Shown here piece after piece: positions 57,307 to 62,501 of a DNA stretch of 62,501 bases (position 1 is its first letter; each line of letters starts with the position of its first letter). The DNA comes from a virus (taxonomy: Duplodnaviria > Caudoviricetes): the IMG/VR virus record IMGVR_UViG_3300031772_000033, positions 1 to 62,501 of that record; one strand, 5' to 3'. Under the pieces are notes generated by a model that saw only the letters and a program-made list of their open reading frames with translations, had not been told where the DNA came from and searched no databases. A program made the translations under genes and the position numbers.

Positions 57307-58716
57307 ATGCCTTTTACGATTGCGGATGTTGAGAAACACAAGAAAGGATTAAGTCCGAAAGAGGCGGAGGCGTGGGTGGGCGTGGCTAACGGGGTTTATG
57401 ATACTTGCATGAAAGACGGCGATGACAAGAAATGCGCTCCAATGGCTATTATGACGGCCAATTCTAAGGCAGGCAAGAAGGCAATGGAACCACATCTCTT
57501 GATTGCTTTAACCGAAGGCGACCTGACTGAAGTCAAGTTACTCTATCCCGGTTATTTCGAGCATGATCTTTACGGCAAGTTCGAGATTACGGAAAAGGAT
57601 ATTGATAAGGCGATTAAAAACTGGATTGAAAAGGTTGCGGTTCGCTTTGATGAAAACGGGTCTCCGCAGTTGCCTTTTTCTTATCAGCACGCCGGCCACG
57701 AGGCGGATCCCGAAAAAGCCAAGGCTTCGGGATGGATCAAGGAACTATTCAAAAAGGGCGAGGAGCTTTGGGGCAAAGTCGAATGGACGCCCAAGGCGCA
57801 GGAATACATTGCAAATAAAGAATTTCAATATCAGTCACCTGAATTTACGGATAACTGGGACGATGAAAGCGGCGAGGCTCACGGGTTCACGCTTACGGGC
57901 GCGACACTTACCAATTACCCCCACCTAAAAAAGAATCAATTGGCAATTGCATTAACTGATAAAGATACGATTATATTTGACGCGGCTAATATTAACGATC
58001 TGCCGGACGGTTCCGAGGCCAACGGGAAGGATGGAACTAAACCGAGATCGTTGAACGAACTTCCCGGTAACGGAACTAAAAAGGCGAATGCAAAGGAAGC
58101 CGAAAATAGTAAACAATCAAATAAAAACATAAGGAACAAAATCATGGACGAGAAACAATTGCGTGAAATCCTGAATCTTCAGGAGGGTGACATCCTTGAC
58201 GCGGTGAAGAAACTGATGCAAGAGAAAGTTGATTCTGATGCGAAGATCAAGGAACTCACTGAACAGGTCAATGCAAAAGAAAACGAAAAGAAGGAACTCA
58301 TGGAATCAAATAAAGACAATGTGATTCTATCCAAAGAGAATTATAAGGAACTCATGGACGGAGCAAAGGCCGGATTGGATGTTTCCAAAAAGATGGAACG
58401 CATGGAAGCCGAAAAGCTCGTGGATGAATACGTGGCGAAGGGTGTGGTGCTTCCTGCTCAGAAGGAAAAAACAATCAATCTGTATTTGATGGACAAGGAA
58501 AACATGGGCGACTGGTTGAAGAATGCGAAACCCGTGATTGAATTCAAGGAACACGGATCGAGCAACGATACTGAAACCAAGTCCGCTAACGAACAAATTC
58601 TCGAAGGCGCGCAGAAACTTGCCAAGGAAAAGGGCATCTCCTTTGAAATCGCGCTGAAAGAATTTTCCAAAAATAACAAAGAACTCATTGAACAGCGTAA
58701 AACGGAACAGGAGTAA
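57307..58716 (+). CDS. Mu I/Z-like prohead protease plus scaffold (possible internal scaffold start at 58144)
   Basis: YQH, ASGWI, VEWTP.A...I...EF.Y.SPEF, LTNYP; coiled-coil C-terminal half. Confidence 0.88.
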   Translation: MPFTIADVEKHKKGLSPKEAEAWVGVANGVYDTCMKDGDDKKCAPMAIMTANSKAGKKAMEPHLLIALTEGDLTEVKLLYPGYFEHDLYGKFEITEKDIDKAIKNWIEKVAVRFDENGSPQLPFSYQHAGHEADPEKAKASGWIKELFKKGEELWGKVEWTPKAQEYIANKEFQYQSPEFTDNWDDESGEAHGFTLTGATLTNYPHLKKNQLAIALTDKDTIIFDAANINDLPDGSEANGKDGTKPRSLNELPGNGTKKANAKEAENSKQSNKNIRNKIMDEKQLREILNLQEGDILDAVKKLMQEKVDSDAKIKELTEQVNAKENEKKELMESNKDNVILSKENYKELMDGAKAGLDVSKKMERMEAEKLVDEYVAKGVVLPAQKEKTINLYLMDKENMGDWLKNAKPVIEFKEHGSSNDTETKSANEQILEGAQKLAKEKGISFEIALKEFSKNNKELIEQRKTEQE

Positions 58717-58720
58717 ATAA

Positions 58721-59119
58721 ATGGCAGAAGGTGGATATTTTCTCGATACAACCTTCAAAGCCACCGCGACTCTTGCCGCTTACCAGTATCATGCTATGGT
58801 TTTGAGTGCCGCGAATACCGTCAATGTTGCCGGTGCGAATGCGATTGTAATTGGCATCTTACAGAACAAACCCGACGCCGCAGGTGAAGCGGCCATTGTA
58901 AGGGTTTGCGGTGAATCAAAATTGGTTATTGGTGAACGGATGGATCTCGGAACTATGATAACCTCTAAATCGGACGGTCACGGGGAAAGAGCGGATGCAA
59001 ATGCAGAACATTGCTTCGCTATTGCCCTGGAGTCTGGTACTACGGATGGCGATATTGTTTCGGTCCTACTGAATCATTGCGATGCGTATGCTACAGACGA
59101 CACCGCTCCGACCGCATAA
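58721..59119 (+). CDS. Capsid decoration/cement protein (DUF2190-like), paralog 1
   Basis: IGILQN.P.AAGEAA.V...G.SKL; position before the capsid gene. Confidence 0.8.
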   Translation: MAEGGYFLDTTFKATATLAAYQYHAMVLSAANTVNVAGANAIVIGILQNKPDAAGEAAIVRVCGESKLVIGERMDLGTMITSKSDGHGERADANAEHCFAIALESGTTDGDIVSVLLNHCDAYATDDTAPTA

Positions 59120-59130
59120 AGGAGGAAATC

Positions 59131-59532
59131 ATGGCAGAAGGTCATTATGGTTTTGATAAAGCTTTCAAGGCATATGGAGACTTGTCGAGTTATCAATATC
59201 ACTTTGTGAGTCTATCATCTTCGGGAACCGTGAATCTGTCCAGTAATAACGGACGGGCTATCGGTATCCTGCAAAACGTACCCAATGCGGCTGGCGAGGA
59301 TGCGATTGTTCGCCTTCTCGGAGTTTCCAAGCTTGCCGCAGGGGAAGCGATTGACGAAGGTACAATGCTTACGTCCAAATCGGACGGACACGGCGAGGAA
59401 GCGGATGCCGCGAGTGAATGGTATTCCGCCATTGCGATTCAGTCCGCTGCCGGCACTTCCGGCGAACTTATTTCAGTGTTGCTCAGACATGGCGATTCTT
59501 ACGCGGCTGACACCACAGAACCTACGGCTTAG
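59131..59532 (+). CDS. Capsid decoration protein, paralog 2
   Basis: MAEG start; same motifs as 58721. Confidence 0.8.
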   Translation: MAEGHYGFDKAFKAYGDLSSYQYHFVSLSSSGTVNLSSNNGRAIGILQNVPNAAGEDAIVRLLGVSKLAAGEAIDEGTMLTSKSDGHGEEADAASEWYSAIAIQSAAGTSGELISVLLRHGDSYAADTTEPTA

Positions 59533-59540
59533 GAGGAAAC

Positions 59541-59927
59541 ATGGCTGAAGGATCAACTGGTTTAAACATTACTTTCAAGGCCGCGCGCGATTTGTCTTCA
59601 TATCAGTATCATTTCGTTTCCGTTTCCGCCGCGAATACGGTTGACTATTCCGGCGATAAGGGACGATGTATTGGTATTTTGCAGAACGCCCCAAATGCAG
59701 CGGGTGAGGCAGCGGTTGTCATGGTGGAAGGTATTTCCAAGCTCCGCGCTTACGGCGCGGTTAACCGTTTGGAAAAACTTATGTCTTCCGCACAATCGGG
59801 ATATGCGGCGCATGGTGAAGTTGCCGCTACCGCAAGTACCTGGGTTGGCGCGATTGCCTTGGAAACCGGAACAGCATCGGACGATCTTCTGACCGTGCTG
59901 ATTACCGGATTTGAATTACAAGCTTAA
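59541..59927 (+). CDS. Capsid decoration protein, paralog 3
   Basis: MAEG start; same motifs as 58721. Confidence 0.8.
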   Translation: MAEGSTGLNITFKAARDLSSYQYHFVSVSAANTVDYSGDKGRCIGILQNAPNAAGEAAVVMVEGISKLRAYGAVNRLEKLMSSAQSGYAAHGEVAATASTWVGAIALETGTASDDLLTVLITGFELQA

Positions 59928-59945
59928 ACATAAAGGATTACTAAT

Positions 59946-60896
59946 ATGCCTTACAGAGAACAAGTTCATTCCGACGCGATTCTTTCCAATGTCGCCTTGC
60001 AGTATTCGCAGGACTGGTTCATTGCGAATCAGGCACTTCCGCAAGTCAACGTTGCAAAAGAATCAGACAAATATTTTCAGTTTTATCTGAAAGACGCGCT
60101 CAATTTTCCAGCCCGAACACTCAGGGGCGATGGAGCCGAATCCGCAGAGACGACCTGGGACGTGACATCCAGTACGTATCAGTGCGAAGAGTACGCGCTG
60201 AAGGACATCGTTACGGACAGAGCGCGGAAGAATGCGGATAGTCCTATTGACATGGACGTTGACACAACCAAATTTCTCACGGGCCAGCTTCTGCTCGACT
60301 ATGAGAAACGGGTTGCCGATCTTCTGTTCAGCACGACCACGTTTACATCGTATTATTCCGCTTTGACGGGTGATGATATGTGGGATGTGTATACGGCGGC
60401 AGGTGCGGATTCCGATCCTATTGCGGACATTGAGACGGCTAAGGATTCAGTCATGAAAAACTCGCTTCGTCCCGCGAACACGATCATTATGGGTTACGAA
60501 GTATTCAAGAAGGTCGTTCATCATCCTTCAATTCTTGCCCGTATTCAGTACGGTGGAACTCCCGCTGATCCCGCGACTGTCACCCCGAAGGCTCTGGCGC
60601 AGGTGTTCAACGTGTCCCAGGTGCTCGTCGGTAAAGCCGTGTATAATTCGGCGGTTGAAGGCGCGACGGTTGTCCCGGCTTACGTGTGGGGCAAGTACGT
60701 ACTCACCGCCTACGTCGAAAATCCCGTTCCGCGCAAGGGCGTGACGCTGGGAGCGACTTTCCAGGCTCAGCCGTTTCAGGTTGTGACTTGGAGGGAACCC
60801 AAGCGCAAGGGCGACATGATCGAGGTTTCGATGGTTGAGGATGAAGTCTGTATAGCGGCTGGCGCCGGCTATCTATTTTCAACGGTTGTTACCTAA
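59946..60896 (+). CDS. Major capsid protein
   Basis: D..LSNVA..Y...FIA...LP.V.V, E.RVA, DPI.DI, PANT..MG, HP.I, VWG, AGYL. Confidence 0.9.
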   Translation: MPYREQVHSDAILSNVALQYSQDWFIANQALPQVNVAKESDKYFQFYLKDALNFPARTLRGDGAESAETTWDVTSSTYQCEEYALKDIVTDRARKNADSPIDMDVDTTKFLTGQLLLDYEKRVADLLFSTTTFTSYYSALTGDDMWDVYTAAGADSDPIADIETAKDSVMKNSLRPANTIIMGYEVFKKVVHHPSILARIQYGGTPADPATVTPKALAQVFNVSQVLVGKAVYNSAVEGATVVPAYVWGKYVLTAYVENPVPRKGVTLGATFQAQPFQVVTWREPKRKGDMIEVSMVEDEVCIAAGAGYLFSTVVT

Positions 60897-60935
60897 TCTA
60901 ATACGGGGGAGGCAACTCCCCCACATTGGAGGAAT

Positions 60936-61145
60936 ATGAAGTATAAAGTTTTAAGACCCGTAATAGCAAAAAAGAAACTCTATGCGATAGGGAGCACGGT
61001 GGATATGAAAGAATCTCCGGTCCACGTTGCATTGGGGTATCTTGAAGTTATCGGGGAAAGCGAACCAGCCGCAGAACCTAATTTTGAGGCTGAACCGGAA
61101 CCTAAAATTCCAAAGGCAACGGTTAAACGTGGAGGCAAAGAATGA
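60936..61145 (+). CDS. Small head-associated protein
   Basis: GGAGG RBS after the capsid hairpin (60905-60922). Confidence 0.65.
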   Translation: MKYKVLRPVIAKKKLYAIGSTVDMKESPVHVALGYLEVIGESEPAAEPNFEAEPEPKIPKATVKRGGKE

Positions 61146-62275
61146 AAAAATATTTGATTCTATTCATGGTTTTCGTTGTGGGTTATGCAATCGCTCAACC
61201 CACGGTCGTCCAGAATGCGCAAGTTTTTTCAAGCAAGGTGTATCTACGCGGCGGGATAACGGCATACAGAGGCATGACACTTTCCGCAAACAACTCCTAT
61301 AATAATCTGTTTGTGGTTTCCGATGCGGATTCGTTCAAGGTGCGGATGTTTCAGTATCTTTATCCCCTTGAAATCGAAATTGGGAACTCTCAGATTTTTG
61401 CCGTGGACTCGACTGGCATCGCTCTTCCCAAGGCCCTTAACGTAACGGGCAACAGTGGACTTGCGAACATTTTTGTTGTATCCGATGGCGATTCCACTAA
61501 AATAAGAATGTACAAGTATCTATATCCGTTGGAAATCGAAATCGGAAACACACAGAAGGCCGCGATTGATTCCGCCGGTAATGCTGTTTTTGCCGGGACC
61601 GTTTCGGCGGCTGCATTCAGTCCCACGGCCACGTCCGATATTCAATCGAGATATATTTTGATTCTTTCGGACGGAGATTCTACTACTATCGATCCGAGAT
61701 CGGCTCAATATATGTTCAGGATCGGTCTTGGCGGGGCGAAGAAATTTGCGGTTGATAGTGCGGGTAATGCTTATGCTGTTTCGTTGCAAACTCCGACGCT
61801 TAACGGTGTGTCTAACGCAATGGCCGTCACTACTAAAATGACTATTGCAAACAACTATCCACTTATTACGACCAGTTCGATTACGGCTGATTCAGTCAAT
61901 ATCACCACTCTGGCCGGTTCAGCGGGTGCAATGGCGATCAATACCAAGATGACGATTGCCAATAATTACCCGTTCGTAACCAACAGCACCATTACGGCGG
62001 ATTCCATTATCGTTCCGGTAATCGCCGGAGTTGCAAACGCTATGGCAGTTAATGCCAAACTGAATATCGCGGCGAATTATCCGCTTGTATCGAGTTCTTC
62101 AATCGCAGCGGATACTCTCAAGGCAACATCGGGAAATGTTCAAATTATTGACATTGACACCGTGGCAACTGCCGGTCTGGTTAAGCGATGGTTAAAACTT
62201 ACCGTTACCAAAGCGACGGGAGCGGGAAAACCTGAAACTTATTATATGGTTTCGGACACAACTTCACTTTATTAA
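61142..62275 (+). CDS. Signal-peptide-bearing repeat (head-fibre-like) protein
   Basis: Signal ending AIA/Q; three SD.DS...(V/I)DS.G modules and three K..IA.NYP....I.AD(S/T) repeats. Confidence 0.8.
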   Translation: MKKYLILFMVFVVGYAIAQPTVVQNAQVFSSKVYLRGGITAYRGMTLSANNSYNNLFVVSDADSFKVRMFQYLYPLEIEIGNSQIFAVDSTGIALPKALNVTGNSGLANIFVVSDGDSTKIRMYKYLYPLEIEIGNTQKAAIDSAGNAVFAGTVSAAAFSPTATSDIQSRYILILSDGDSTTIDPRSAQYMFRIGLGGAKKFAVDSAGNAYAVSLQTPTLNGVSNAMAVTTKMTIANNYPLITTSSITADSVNITTLAGSAGAMAINTKMTIANNYPFVTNSTITADSIIVPVIAGVANAMAVNAKLNIAANYPLVSSSSIAADTLKATSGNVQIIDIDTVATAGLVKRWLKLTVTKATGAGKPETYYMVSDTTSLY

Positions 62276-62501
62276 GAGGCTATTAATGCTCAAAAAGATT
62301 CTCCTTTTCTCCTTCTTGTTTTGTGGTTTGGGTTGTTCTCAGGACGCGGGGCCGAAAAGCCCCGCACCTGAGACTGTTCCTTACGCACAATATCAGGAAA
62401 CAAAAGACGCGCTCCACGATTACGTTTTAGAAAATCGCAGAGCCGCAGAACTTAACAAAAAACTTATTAATGACATCAATGTTTTTGTCAATGAACTCAA
62501 A
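62248..62501. repeat. Terminal direct repeat, right copy
   Basis: Matches 1-254 with one mismatch. Confidence 0.97.

Noticed and set aside
60905-60922. Hairpin after the capsid gene as an intrinsic terminator
   Set aside because: GNRA hairpin without a T tract; more likely a stabiliser or pause site
1-62501. Diversity-generating retroelement, retron or stop-codon recoding
   Set aside because: No reverse transcriptase motifs or adenine-variant template/variable repeat pair were seen, and genes tile densely under the standard code

Overview
This looks like a complete tailed phage genome of about 62,247 bp. Positions 1-254 are repeated at 62248-62501 with one mismatch, and essentially all credible genes lie on the + strand. 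Order on the circle: terminase, Mu-like portal fused to a gpF-like domain, protease/scaffold, three decoration paralogs, major capsid, neck, siphovirus-type tail (two tube paralogs, -1 frameshift chaperone, tape measure) and fibre-type genes. Next come a methylase, Red-like recombination, a replication initiator, an array of small accessory genes, tRNA-His with an RNA ligase and a phosphoesterase, a lysis pair, a Tad1-like anti-defence sponge among structured non-coding elements, a radical SAM/methyltransferase/glycosyltransferase cluster and a stand-alone TnpB. I recognised no integrase or DNA polymerase. The most striking signal is that all the fibre/spike-position genes carry Sec-type signal peptides (mostly with Gln at +1, the FCB Q-rule) and are strongly enriched in the D-(S/T)-hydrophobic O-glycosylation sequon known from Bacteroidota. 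Together with a phage-encoded fucosyltransferase cluster, this suggests virion appendages that are exported, glycosylated in the periplasm and attached at or after lysis. All family calls come from motif recognition by eye; no searches or folding programs were run.
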